A DNA stretch of 64,000 bases from an uncultured Bacilli bacterium. Lineage in GTDB: Bacteria; Bacillota_I; Bacilli_A; RF39; UBA660. The stretch lies in contig CANRDL010000001.1 in the NCBI GenBank assembly GCA_947629405.1, positions 7,502-71,501 on the forward strand, written 5' to 3'. The notes under the pieces were generated by a model, which was not told where the DNA came from, did not search any database, and worked only from the letters and a program-made list of their open reading frames with translations. The translations under genes were made by a program, and so were the position numbers. Shown piece after piece: positions 19,811 through 30,074 of the stretch. Within the stretch, counting starts at the first letter, position 1; every line of letters begins with the position of its first letter.

Positions 19811-20722
19811 ATGGAAAAATATAAAAAATTATATAAAATTGATGATAAAACTATCCAAGCTAATTTAATAAAAGAATTAGCGGAAGCTAAAAAAGATAAA
19901 AATTTTGTTGCGCTTTTAAATAAATTAAACATTTCTGATAAATTAGCTTGTAATTATACTTCAAAATTAGAAAAAACTAATTGTGAACTTCAAAATTGTA
20001 AAAATTGTAAATCTTTATCAGCTTGTAAAAATTCTGTTACAGGTTTTGTCTATTATCCTAAAGTTTTAAATGATAAATTAACTTTTGAATATCGAGCATG
20101 TAGTTATAAAAAGAAAAATATATTAAAGAAAAAAGAAGAGGAAGAAAAAAGAAATACATTTCCTAAAGAAATATTAAATGCTTCTTTTAAAGATGTGGAT
20201 ATTTCTGATAAAAAAAGAGCTAAAGTCATTAAATTTTTAAAAAATTTTTTAGATAATTATAATAAAGGTTATCAAAAAGGTTTATTCTTACATGGAAATT
20301 TTGGTTGTGGTAAATCTTATTTAATTGCCTGTATGATTAATGAATTAAAGAAAAAAGATGTAGATGTTTACATGATGTATTTTCAAACGATGTTAACCAA
20401 TTTAAAAAAGGCCATGGAAGAAAATACATTTAATGAACTCTTTAGTGAAATTATTAATACAGATGTTTTAGTAATTGATGATTTAGGAGCAGAAAGTATA
20501 ACTTCCTGGGGGAGAGATGAAATTCTTGGTAATATTTTACAATACCGAATGGATAATAAATTATCTACTTTTATAACTTCAAATTTAAATATGGAAGAGT
20601 TAGAAGAACATTTATCTTTTTCTAATTTTAAAAGTGATGTTGTTAAAGCGAGAAGAATAATAGAAAGAATTAAACAATTAATGGTCGATATGGAAATGAT
20701 TAGTTTTAATAGAAGAAATTGA
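19811..20722 (+). CDS. dnaI: Primosomal protein DnaI (helicase loader)
   Basis: AAA+ Walker A LHGNFGCGKSYL, Walker B VLVIDDLGAE, and an N-terminal Cys-rich zinc-binding region. Confidence 0.85.
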   Translation: MEKYKKLYKIDDKTIQANLIKELAEAKKDKNFVALLNKLNISDKLACNYTSKLEKTNCELQNCKNCKSLSACKNSVTGFVYYPKVLNDKLTFEYRACSYKKKNILKKKEEEEKRNTFPKEILNASFKDVDISDKKRAKVIKFLKNFLDNYNKGYQKGLFLHGNFGCGKSYLIACMINELKKKDVDVYMMYFQTMLTNLKKAMEENTFNELFSEIINTDVLVIDDLGAESITSWGRDEILGNILQYRMDNKLSTFITSNLNMEELEEHLSFSNFKSDVVKARRIIERIKQLMVDMEMISFNRRN

Positions 20723-20789
20723 CGAGAAAAAAATAAAATGTTAAAATAGTAATGTAAATATTTGATTAGGACAAGATTAATATTTTTAA

Positions 20790-20960
20790 ATTTAAAGAGA
20801 GTTAGTGGTTGGTGAAAACTAATAATTTATAATATTGATTACTACCTATGATTAGGGGATTAATAATCCTTCGGTTAAAACCGTTATATTAATTAAGATA
20901 AACCATGGGATGGTACCGTGTTATTAACACTCCTATATTAAAGGAGTGTTTTGTTTTTTA
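20790..20960 (+). promoter_or_regulatory. T-box riboswitch leader (Thr specifier ACC/ACU) with intrinsic terminator
   Basis: Stem I AGAGA-like element (aaagagagttagtggttggtg), specifier-loop region gattACUACCuatg, conserved T-box sequence aaaccatgggatggtaccgtg, and terminator hairpin aacactcc...ggagtgtt followed by TTGTTTTTT. Confidence 0.8.
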
Positions 20961-20970
20961 AAGGAGTAGT

Positions 20971-21453
20971 ATGAAAAGTAATTGCATTACCATAATGAAA
21001 TTTTTAAACCAATTTTATGGAATATGTGGTGATAAAACCAGATTTATGCTTCATAAAGATGTTATTAATCACTACGATGGTTTAGAAGTTGCCAATAAGG
21101 AAGATGAAAATTTTTATGAAGATTTGGCTTGTGGCAAAATTATTAAAGTCATTGATTCTAATAAAGAAATAATATATTATAAAATTGAAAGATCATTATT
21201 AGATAATATATGTTATGAAGAAGATTCTAATAATTCATATATGGATAATTTTAATGATGTTAGTCAATATATTAATATAAGTAGAAATGAATTAAAACAA
21301 ATGAGATTATATGAACTTGTTTCTTTAAGAAAAAAATTGCTTAATGATCAAAGAAAATCCAGTGGAGTTTTTGATAATACAATAAGAAATATAAAAAGAG
21401 AGTTACAATATCGAAAACAACATAAAAATAGAAAAGGAGAATATTATGATTAA
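20971..21453 (+). CDS. Hypothetical 160-aa protein encoded between the Thr T-box and thrS
   Basis: RBS AAGGAG 4 nt upstream of the ATG. The ORF overlaps the thrS start by 8 nt. No recognisable domain; it is not TGS-like. Confidence 0.5.
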   Translation: MKSNCITIMKFLNQFYGICGDKTRFMLHKDVINHYDGLEVANKEDENFYEDLACGKIIKVIDSNKEIIYYKIERSLLDNICYEEDSNNSYMDNFNDVSQYINISRNELKQMRLYELVSLRKKLLNDQRKSSGVFDNTIRNIKRELQYRKQHKNRKGEYYD

Positions 21454-23203
21454 TATAAAAGAAGATAAAAAATTAAATACTTTAAATCATTCATGTGCCC
21501 ATTTGCTTGCTCAAGCGGTAAAACATTTATATCCGCAAGCTAAATTTTGGGTCGGACCAGTAATTGAAGAAGGATTTTATTATGACATCGATTTAGGAGA
21601 TAAAGTTATTAAAGACGAAGATTTACCTAAAATAGAAAAAGAAATGAAAAAAATAGCTAAAGATGGAAAGAGAATAGTTCGTCATGAACTTACTAAAAAG
21701 GAAGCTTTAGAAAAATTTAAAGATGATGAATATAAATTAGATTTAATATCGCGTATGGATGAAAATGAACAGGTTATATCTTGTTATACTCAAGGAGATT
21801 TTACTGATTTATGTCGTGGTCCCCATGTTGAAACAGTTAAGTTATTAAAACATTTTAAATTACTTAAGTTTAGTGGTGCTTATTGGAAAAATGATGCCAA
21901 AAATAAAATGCTTCAAAGAATATATGGTGTATGTTTTGAAAATGATGAAGATTTACAAAACTATTTACAAGAACTAGAAGAAAGAAAACAAAGAGATCAT
22001 CGAAAAATTGGTAAAGATCAAGAATTATTTATGACTCATGAACTGGTTGGGTCCGGAATGCCTTTATGGTTACCAAATGGGGCAATTATTCGAAAACAAC
22101 TAGAAAATTATATCTATGAAAAAGAACAAAAATTAGGTTATAAACATGTGTATACACCTTGCGTTGGAACAACTAATTTATATAAAACATCTGGGCATTG
22201 GGATCATTACAAAGAAAATATGTTTCCGGAAATGAAAGTGGATGATGAAGAATTTGTTTTAAGACCTATGAATTGTCCTCATCATATGTTAGTTTACAAA
22301 AATAAATTGCACTCTTATCGAGATTTGCCGGTAAGAATAGGAGAATTTGCTACTGACTTTCGATATGAAGCATCAGGAGCAGTAAAAGGTTTAGAAAGAG
22401 TCAGATGTATGTGTCAAAATGATGCACATTTATTTGTAACTCCTGAACAAATTGGCGACGAATTTAAAAAAGTTGTTAAATTAATTTTAGATGTTTATGA
22501 AGATTTTGGCTTAAAAAATTATAAATTTAGATTATCTTTAAGAGATCCAAGTGATAAAGAAAAATATTTTGATGACGATAAGATGTGGAATGAAGCGGAA
22601 GCAAAATTAAGAGAAGTTTTAAATGAATTAAATATTGATTATTTTGAAGCAATTGGTGAAGCAGCCTTTTATGGTCCAAAATTAGATGTTGAAGTTAAAC
22701 CAGCAGTAGGACCAGATGTTACATTATCAACTTGTCAATTAGACTTTTTACTTCCAAGAAAATTTGAATTAACTTATATAGATAATAATGGTCAAAAACA
22801 AACACCAGTAGTTTTACATCGAGCTATATTTGGAACATTCGATAGATTTACAGCATTTTTAATTGAAGAAACTAAAGGAGCATTTCCAGTTTGGCTTTCA
22901 CCTATTCAAGTAAATATTATTCCTGTTAACAATACTTATCATTTAGAGTATGCCGAGGAAATTTTTAAATTACTTAATGATAAAAATATTAGAGTAGAAC
23001 TTGATAGTCGTGAGGAAAAACTTGGTTATAAAATGCGCGAGAGTCAAACAAGAAAAATTCCTTATACTCTAATTTTGGGTGACAAAGAAAAAGAAAATCA
23101 GGAAATTAGTTATCGTAAATTTGGAAGTAATGAAACTACAACTTTAAAAATTGCTGATTTTATCGATATGATTTTAAATAAAATTACAAACAAAGAAAAT
23201 TAA
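21446..23203 (+). CDS. thrS: Threonine--tRNA ligase, short form lacking the N-terminal TGS (N1) domain
   Basis: Begins at the N2/second-additional-domain HSCAHLLAQA motif. Class II motifs and anticodon-binding domain are present. 585 aa versus ~640 aa for a canonical ThrRS. Confidence 0.9.
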   Translation: MINIKEDKKLNTLNHSCAHLLAQAVKHLYPQAKFWVGPVIEEGFYYDIDLGDKVIKDEDLPKIEKEMKKIAKDGKRIVRHELTKKEALEKFKDDEYKLDLISRMDENEQVISCYTQGDFTDLCRGPHVETVKLLKHFKLLKFSGAYWKNDAKNKMLQRIYGVCFENDEDLQNYLQELEERKQRDHRKIGKDQELFMTHELVGSGMPLWLPNGAIIRKQLENYIYEKEQKLGYKHVYTPCVGTTNLYKTSGHWDHYKENMFPEMKVDDEEFVLRPMNCPHHMLVYKNKLHSYRDLPVRIGEFATDFRYEASGAVKGLERVRCMCQNDAHLFVTPEQIGDEFKKVVKLILDVYEDFGLKNYKFRLSLRDPSDKEKYFDDDKMWNEAEAKLREVLNELNIDYFEAIGEAAFYGPKLDVEVKPAVGPDVTLSTCQLDFLLPRKFELTYIDNNGQKQTPVVLHRAIFGTFDRFTAFLIEETKGAFPVWLSPIQVNIIPVNNTYHLEYAEEIFKLLNDKNIRVELDSREEKLGYKMRESQTRKIPYTLILGDKEKENQEISYRKFGSNETTTLKIADFIDMILNKITNKEN

Positions 23204-23204
23204 A

Positions 23205-23235
23205 AAATGACTTAATTGCAAGTCATTTTTTTAGT
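23205..23235. terminator. Bidirectional rho-independent terminator between convergent thrS and the cysteine desulfurase gene
   Basis: aatgacttaattgcaagtcatt hairpin flanked by A/T runs on both strands. Confidence 0.6.
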
Positions 23236-24395
23236 TCATTTAATTTATTATAAACTTCATCAAAATAAATTAGGAATTTTTTTACTTCTTCATTCGTAGT
23301 TAGATAAGATAAAGATATTCTTAATGTTGATGCCGCTCTTTTAGTATCGTTATAAACTGCTAAGACTGCTTTACTTTCATTGCCTTTAGTACAAGCAGTA
23401 GTAGTTGATATATATACATCTTTTTCTTCTAATGCATGAACAAAAGTTTCCGATTTTATAGAAAACAAACTAATATTTAATATATGTGGTATTGAATATT
23501 TTGTTTGATTTATTTTAATATCATTATAATTATATAAATGAGAAACTATTTTATCATTAAGTTTTTTCACATATTCTTCTTTTTTAGTTAAGTCTTTTAA
23601 GGCAAGTCTTAAAGCTTTGGAAAAAGATACTATTAATGGAAGAGGAGGAGTTCCTGGTACTAAATTATCAAAATTATCACTTCCATATAACATAGGAGTT
23701 AATTTAATATTTTCTTTTTTATAAAGCATTCCAATACCTTTTGGACCATAAATTTTATGAGCAGTTGCTGTACCTAAATCGACATCATTAAAATTTACAG
23801 GAACCTTTCCTAAAGCTTGAGTAAAGTCACTGTGAAAAATAGTATTTTTATTTTCTTTTTTAATAATTTGTCTAATTGTTTTTAAAGGTTGTCTAATTCC
23901 CATTTCCGAATTAACCGCACATATTGATACTAATATGGTATTATTATTCACTTTGTTTTTTAAATCATCAAAATCTATTACCCCTTCAACTGTATTATTA
24001 ACATAAATAATTTTATTTCCTAAACTTTCTAAATATTTACATATTTCATAAATACTTGGATGTTCTAATTTAGAAACAATAATTTCACCTGTTTTATTTA
24101 AGGCTTTAATGGAAGAAATTAAAGCAATATTATTGGCTTCAGTTGCTCCTGAAGTAAAGATAAAATCTTTAGTTTCTATATTTAAAAGATCAGCCATTTG
24201 TTTTTTGGCACTAATCATTAATTCTTTTGATTTTGTTCCTAAACTATGCAAAGAATTAACATTACCAATAAAATTTTTACTAGTTTTTAAATATGAATCT
24301 AAAACTTCGTGAAGGACAGGAGTAGTAGCAGAATAATCTAAATAAATCATAATTATCACCATAAAAATTATAGCAAAAAAAAACCCTAAAGACAA
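23223..24395 (-). CDS. Cysteine desulfurase (class V aminotransferase, NifS/IscS-like)
   Basis: PLP-lysine region TATAHKIYGPKGIGMLY and the overall class-V fold pattern. Confidence 0.8.
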   Translation of the reverse strand: MSLGFFFAIIFMVIIMIYLDYSATTPVLHEVLDSYLKTSKNFIGNVNSLHSLGTKSKELMISAKKQMADLLNIETKDFIFTSGATEANNIALISSIKALNKTGEIIVSKLEHPSIYEICKYLESLGNKIIYVNNTVEGVIDFDDLKNKVNNNTILVSICAVNSEMGIRQPLKTIRQIIKKENKNTIFHSDFTQALGKVPVNFNDVDLGTATAHKIYGPKGIGMLYKKENIKLTPMLYGSDNFDNLVPGTPPLPLIVSFSKALRLALKDLTKKEEYVKKLNDKIVSHLYNYNDIKINQTKYSIPHILNISLFSIKSETFVHALEEKDVYISTTTACTKGNESKAVLAVYNDTKRAASTLRISLSYLTTNEEVKKFLIYFDEVYNKLNELKK

Positions 24396-24501
24396 TCCTA
24401 TCTTTTGACAAATAATTTACATTTTATTAGGGAATTGTACTAAATAATAAAATGAATATGATATAATTAATGTAGATTATACTAGATAATAAGGTGATAA
24501 A

Positions 24502-25920
24502 ATGAAAAAATACTTTTATTTTTATGAAAATAATGCTAAACAATTAGAAGTTAGATATTTAGTTAATGAAAAAGATGGCCCAAGAGTTGAGAAAATGTTT
24601 GCTGATACATTATATAAATTAAAATCCTTTAATGATGTATTACCTTTAATATATCAAGGAAATTTTGATTTATTTCTAAATACAAAAGATAGTGATTTTC
24701 TCATGTATGGAAAAAAGAAACCATTTAAAGAATTGTCATTAGAAGATTTAGATTTATATTTAAAAAATATTGTTTATGGAAAAGAAAATAACCAAAATCT
24801 AATTTTAGATTTTGAATCTAAGGATGTTGAAGTATGTATTGAACCAACTCCTAGAATTTTATCATTTTTTGAAATTAATGATTTATCTAAAGGAATAATA
24901 AATGCTAAAATTATTCCAGTAAAAGAATTTTTGAATAAGAAAGAAAATGATGCAATAGAAAATGAAACTAAAAAGTCTAATAAAAAATCAAATTTATCTA
25001 GTGCTCAAAAAGTTATTTTAGTTATTACAGCCTCAACATCTTTAATTACAGCTGCTAAAGCGTTAACTAAATCAATTAGTAATATTAGTGAATATCAAAC
25101 AAATATTTCTATTAGTGAAACTAAAGAAACATTAACAGAAGGACAAACAAAAGATAGAGAAACCATTGAAGCTGAAGAAAAACTAAAAGATAAAAATTTA
25201 TATGAATTTTATGATAATTTACCTTTAGAAAATGCTCCAATAATTGTGGATAATCAAGAAATTTTAACGCAAGAAAATCCCATCTTTGAAAATGTCTTTG
25301 ATGAAGAAAAAAATAAAATATATCAAAATGTTTTAGCAAATTATGGAAATATTATTAATAATTATGCTACTACTTATGGGGTAGATCCCAATTTAATGGC
25401 GGCAATTATTACCCAAGAAAGTTTGGGAATACCAAGTAGAGAATTTAATGAGTTAGGCTCTATTGGTTTATGTCAAATTCAAAATATTAATTTGGGTGAA
25501 GTAAAACATGCCTATAATACTATCACGCAACAAAATGATTTTTATGAAGTAAAATTAGAAAATATTCAAAATGATGAAGAAAATATTCGTTGTGGAACTA
25601 TAATGATGGCTGGATTTTTAGAACATTTTGATGGAAATATTGTTATGGCCCTACAAGCGTATAATTACGGGGAAAATAAAGTAGATGAAATGTTAACTAT
25701 GTATGCAAATGATACAGGAAAAACCAAAGAACAGATAATTTCTGATTATAATGATTATGGTTGGCTTTCTTATAGAGATCAAAATTATGGTAATTATAGA
25801 TATGTCGAAGATGTTTTATCGGCATTGGAACCCGATACTATTTTGAATGTTAATGTAAAAAATAAAAATAGTTCATTAAGTATTTCTTCAAGTTATGAAA
25901 AAAGTAATAGAATGTTATAA
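24502..25920 (+). CDS. Lytic transglycosylase (SLT-domain) protein with an N-terminal unknown region and a TM segment
   Basis: SLT catalytic region ...TQESLGIPSREFNELGSIGLCQIQ... and AYNYG motif. TM VILVITASTSLITAA. Confidence 0.6.
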   Translation: MKKYFYFYENNAKQLEVRYLVNEKDGPRVEKMFADTLYKLKSFNDVLPLIYQGNFDLFLNTKDSDFLMYGKKKPFKELSLEDLDLYLKNIVYGKENNQNLILDFESKDVEVCIEPTPRILSFFEINDLSKGIINAKIIPVKEFLNKKENDAIENETKKSNKKSNLSSAQKVILVITASTSLITAAKALTKSISNISEYQTNISISETKETLTEGQTKDRETIEAEEKLKDKNLYEFYDNLPLENAPIIVDNQEILTQENPIFENVFDEEKNKIYQNVLANYGNIINNYATTYGVDPNLMAAIITQESLGIPSREFNELGSIGLCQIQNINLGEVKHAYNTITQQNDFYEVKLENIQNDEENIRCGTIMMAGFLEHFDGNIVMALQAYNYGENKVDEMLTMYANDTGKTKEQIISDYNDYGWLSYRDQNYGNYRYVEDVLSALEPDTILNVNVKNKNSSLSISSSYEKSNRML

Positions 25921-25994
25921 AATAAAACAAATACTTGAAAAAAGAATACTTTTGTAGTATTCTTTTTAAGTGCGAAAAGAATAGAGGTATAAGT

Positions 25995-27806
25995 ATGAAA
26001 AAAATAATAAATATTGCTGTTGTGGCGCATGTTGATGCGGGAAAATCAACTTTAGTAGATGCTTTACTTAAACAAAATGGTGTATTTAGAGAAAATGAAC
26101 AAGTAGTAGACTGTGTTATGGACTCTAATACTTTAGAAAGAGAAAGAGGAATAACAATTACCGCTAAAAATTGTGCCATTGAATATAAAGATTATAAAAT
26201 TAATATTGTAGATACTCCAGGTCATGCAGATTTTTCATCGGAAATTGAGCGTATTATTAAAACTGTAGACAGTGTTATTTTATTAGTAGATTCAGCCGAA
26301 GGACCCATGCCCCAGACAAGATTTGTTTTAAAAGAAGCTTTAAAAAATAATTTAAAACCTATTTTATTTATTAATAAAATTGATAAAAAAGATGCTCGTC
26401 CTCAAGAAGTTGTAGATATGTGTTTTGATTTATTTTTAGAACTTGGTGCAACTGATGAACAATTGGATTTTAAAATTATTTATGGTATTGCTAAACAAGG
26501 TATTTGTACAACTGATTTAAATCAAGAAGGAAAAGATATATCACCACTTCTTGAAACAATTATAAAAGAAGTAAAACCTTTTGAAGGTTCCGTTGAAGAT
26601 AAATTGCAATTACAAATTTCTAATTTAGATTATGATGATTATATTGGTAGATTGGGAATTGGAAGAGTAAATAAGGGTAAAATTAAATCTGGAGAATTAG
26701 TTTCCCTAAGTAGAAATAATGGTGAAAAAGCATCATTCAAAGTAACTAAGTTATTTATTAATGAAGGTATTAAACGACTTGAAGTAAAAGAAGCTTATTA
26801 TGGTGATTTAGTAACTGTTGCTGGTTGTAACGAAATATCAATTGGAGATACTATTTGTGAAAATGGAACATACGATCCTCTTCCGCCAATTGAAATTGAG
26901 AAACCAACTCTATCTATGAATTTTATGGTTAATTCATCGCCATTTGCTGGAAAATGTAAACAATCAAAATTTTTAACTTCCAGACATATAAAAGAAAGAT
27001 TAGAAAGAGAACTTTGGACAAATGTCGGTTTAGAAGTTGAAGAATTAGAAAGTAATGATGGTTTTAAAGTTTCGGGAAGAGGAGAACTTCATTTATCTAT
27101 TTTACTGGAAAATATGCGAAGAGAAGGTTATGAATTAAATGTATCTAAACCTGAAGTTATTTTTAAAGAAATAGATGGAACAAAATGCGAACCATTTGAA
27201 AAAGTAATTATTAATACTCCAGATGAATTTTCTGGAACAATTATTAGTGATTTAAATGATCGAAAAGCGATGTTACAATCTGTCTCAAATGATGAAGAAG
27301 GATATACTAAATTAGAGTTTTTAGCACCAACTAGAGGCTTAATTGGTTATCGAAATTCTTTTATAACTAATACCAAAGGTGAAGGTATTATGGTTAGAAG
27401 TTTTGATTCTTATAAACCTTATGCTGGAGAAATTAGTGGTCGAAAAAATGGCGTTTTAGTATCTATGGTCGATGGTACAACTTATGGTTATTCTTTATTT
27501 AATTTAAGTGATCGGGGAGAATTATTAGTTGAGCCATCAACTGATGTTTATATTGGTATGATTGTTGGAATTAATAACCGCGAGAATGACTTAGATGTTA
27601 ATCCTTGTAAAAATAAAAATTTAACTAATACAAGATCTTCCAGTGCTGATGAAGCAATTGTGTTAAATAAACCTCGTACTTTTACTTTAGAAGAAGCATT
27701 AGAATTTATTGAAAATGACGAATATATTGAAATAACACCAGATGCTATTAGACTTCGTAAAAAAATTCTTGATCCTAAAGAAAGATATAAATTAAATAGA
27801 AAATAA
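25995..27806 (+). CDS. typA: Translational GTPase TypA/BipA
   Basis: AHVDAGKST, DTPGHADF and NKIDK GTPase motifs. Start ATG 25995 with an AGAGG RBS; the track start is an upstream read-through. Confidence 0.92.
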   Translation: MKKIINIAVVAHVDAGKSTLVDALLKQNGVFRENEQVVDCVMDSNTLERERGITITAKNCAIEYKDYKINIVDTPGHADFSSEIERIIKTVDSVILLVDSAEGPMPQTRFVLKEALKNNLKPILFINKIDKKDARPQEVVDMCFDLFLELGATDEQLDFKIIYGIAKQGICTTDLNQEGKDISPLLETIIKEVKPFEGSVEDKLQLQISNLDYDDYIGRLGIGRVNKGKIKSGELVSLSRNNGEKASFKVTKLFINEGIKRLEVKEAYYGDLVTVAGCNEISIGDTICENGTYDPLPPIEIEKPTLSMNFMVNSSPFAGKCKQSKFLTSRHIKERLERELWTNVGLEVEELESNDGFKVSGRGELHLSILLENMRREGYELNVSKPEVIFKEIDGTKCEPFEKVIINTPDEFSGTIISDLNDRKAMLQSVSNDEEGYTKLEFLAPTRGLIGYRNSFITNTKGEGIMVRSFDSYKPYAGEISGRKNGVLVSMVDGTTYGYSLFNLSDRGELLVEPSTDVYIGMIVGINNRENDLDVNPCKNKNLTNTRSSSADEAIVLNKPRTFTLEEALEFIENDEYIEITPDAIRLRKKILDPKERYKLNRK

Positions 27807-27867
27807 AAGTGGTTTTATCAACAACTTTTATTTTTTTTGTTATAATATAGTTGAAAGGAATGATTAT

Positions 27868-30039
27868 ATGTATGCCGAAGTCATAATAGAATATAATTCT
27901 AAACATATCGATAAAACTTTTACATATAAAATTCCTAGTAGATTGAATATTAAACCAGGGATGAAAGTAAAGGTGCCCTTTGGTAAAAATACTATAAATG
28001 GTTTTGTTTTAAATATAAAAAATGATAGTAATTTAGCTAATATTAGAGAAATTATCGATATTATTGATTCTGAACTTATTTTAAATGAAGAATTAATTAA
28101 AGTGGGAATATATTTGAAAGATAAAACTTTGTGTTCACTAACGACAGCTTTTCAAACAATGCTTCCATCCTCTTTTAAAATAGATAAAAATAAAGATTAT
28201 TCTAAATATATTTCTTATGTTATTTTAAATAATGATGAAAAATTTATAAAAGATTATATAAACAATAATCAAAGATATGCAAAACAAATTGCTATTTTAA
28301 AAAGATTAATGAAAGATAAAAAAGTTAAAAAAGAAGAAATTAATTCCAGTTCCTTAAATACATTGTTAAAAAAAGAATTAGTTAAAATTGAAAAAGAAGA
28401 AGTATATAGAATTAATATAAAAAATGAACTAAAAAATGATGTTAAATTAACTAAAGAACAAGAAAATGTCTATTTAAATATAAAAAATGATTTTAATAAA
28501 GAAAAAGTTTTTTTATTACATGGCGTAACCGGAAGTGGGAAGACAGAAATTTATTTTAAATTAATTAAAGATGTAATTAATTTAGGTAAAACAGCTATTT
28601 TATTAGTACCAGAAATTAGTTTAACTACCCAAATTTTAGATAGATGTTATAAAGTATTTGGTGGTGATGTTGCTGTTCTTCACAGCGGTCTTTCTAACAG
28701 TGAAAAATATAATGAATATCAAAAAATATTAAGAAAAGAAGTAAATTTAGTTGTCGGAACTAGAAGTGCTATTTTTGCGCCTCTTATAAATTTGGGAATT
28801 ATTATCATTGATGAGGAACATTCTGAAAATTATAAACAAGATTCTAATCCTAGATATAATGCTATAGACATTGCTAAATATCGAGCTCATTTAAATAATA
28901 TTCCTTTATTATTAGCATCAGCAACCCCCTCATTAGAATCAGCAGCCAGAGCTTATAAAGGAGTTTATAAATTATTAACTTTAAAAAATCGCATAGGTAC
29001 ATCTGTTTTACCTAAAGTTGAAATTGTTGATATGCAAAAAGAGGCTAAAAAAAGAAATTTAATATTTAGCGAAAAATTATCTAATAAAATTTTAGAAAAA
29101 TTAAATAAAAAAGAACAAATAATTCTTCTTTTAAATAGACGGGGTTATTCTACATTTGTAACTTGTCAAAATTGTGGTTATACATATAAATGTCCTAATT
29201 GTGATATAACCCTTACATATCATAAAACATCTAATAGTTTGCGTTGTCACTACTGTGAATATAATAAGAAATTAGATAGTATATGTCCTAAATGTCATGA
29301 AGATGCTTTAAGTTATTTAGGTTTAGGTACAGAAAAACTAGAAATGGAAATTAAAAAGAAATTTCCAATGGCCAGAGTAGTAAGAATGGATGTTGATACA
29401 ACTCGTAGAAAAAATGCGACGGCCAATATTATAAATGATTTTGCTAATTATAAATATGATATTTTACTGGGAACACAGATGATAACCAAAGGATTTGATT
29501 TTCCTCTTGTTACTTTAGTTGGCATTATTAATGCCGATACTTCATTAAATATTCCTGATTTTCGAAGTGGAGAAAGAACATTTTCGCAACTTTTGCAAGC
29601 ATCTGGAAGAGCGGGAAGAAAAGATAAAATTGGAGAGGTAATAATTCAAACATATAATAAAGATAACTATGCCATCTTAAATGTTTTAAAAAATGATTAT
29701 ATTAATTTTTTTAAAGAAGAAATGAAAATAAGAAAAACTTTAAAGTATCCACCATATGTTTATTTAACATTAATAAAAATTAAAAGTACAGACTATAATT
29801 TAGCTTTAAACAATGCTATTAAGACTTCTAAATTTTTAAAAAGTAATTTATCTAATGTAATTATTTTAGGACCATCACCAGCATCATTATTTCGAACTAA
29901 TAATCAATATCGCTTTCAAATATTATTAAAATATAAAGATGAAGAAATAATAAAAAACACTTTAAAAAAATTAGATGAAATATTTTTAAATATTAAAAAT
30001 GTATCAATAGAAATAGATATTGACCCTTTATATACTTAA
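27868..30039 (+). CDS. priA: Primosomal protein N' (replication restart helicase PriA)
   Basis: Walker A GVTGSGKTE, DEEH box, and Cys4 zinc-binding region CQNCGY...CPNC...CHYC...CPKC. Confidence 0.9.
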   Translation: MYAEVIIEYNSKHIDKTFTYKIPSRLNIKPGMKVKVPFGKNTINGFVLNIKNDSNLANIREIIDIIDSELILNEELIKVGIYLKDKTLCSLTTAFQTMLPSSFKIDKNKDYSKYISYVILNNDEKFIKDYINNNQRYAKQIAILKRLMKDKKVKKEEINSSSLNTLLKKELVKIEKEEVYRINIKNELKNDVKLTKEQENVYLNIKNDFNKEKVFLLHGVTGSGKTEIYFKLIKDVINLGKTAILLVPEISLTTQILDRCYKVFGGDVAVLHSGLSNSEKYNEYQKILRKEVNLVVGTRSAIFAPLINLGIIIIDEEHSENYKQDSNPRYNAIDIAKYRAHLNNIPLLLASATPSLESAARAYKGVYKLLTLKNRIGTSVLPKVEIVDMQKEAKKRNLIFSEKLSNKILEKLNKKEQIILLLNRRGYSTFVTCQNCGYTYKCPNCDITLTYHKTSNSLRCHYCEYNKKLDSICPKCHEDALSYLGLGTEKLEMEIKKKFPMARVVRMDVDTTRRKNATANIINDFANYKYDILLGTQMITKGFDFPLVTLVGIINADTSLNIPDFRSGERTFSQLLQASGRAGRKDKIGEVIIQTYNKDNYAILNVLKNDYINFFKEEMKIRKTLKYPPYVYLTLIKIKSTDYNLALNNAIKTSKFLKSNLSNVIILGPSPASLFRTNNQYRFQILLKYKDEEIIKNTLKKLDEIFLNIKNVSIEIDIDPLYT

Positions 30040-30074
30040 AATTATTTGCTATAATTAATTTATATGGTGATATT

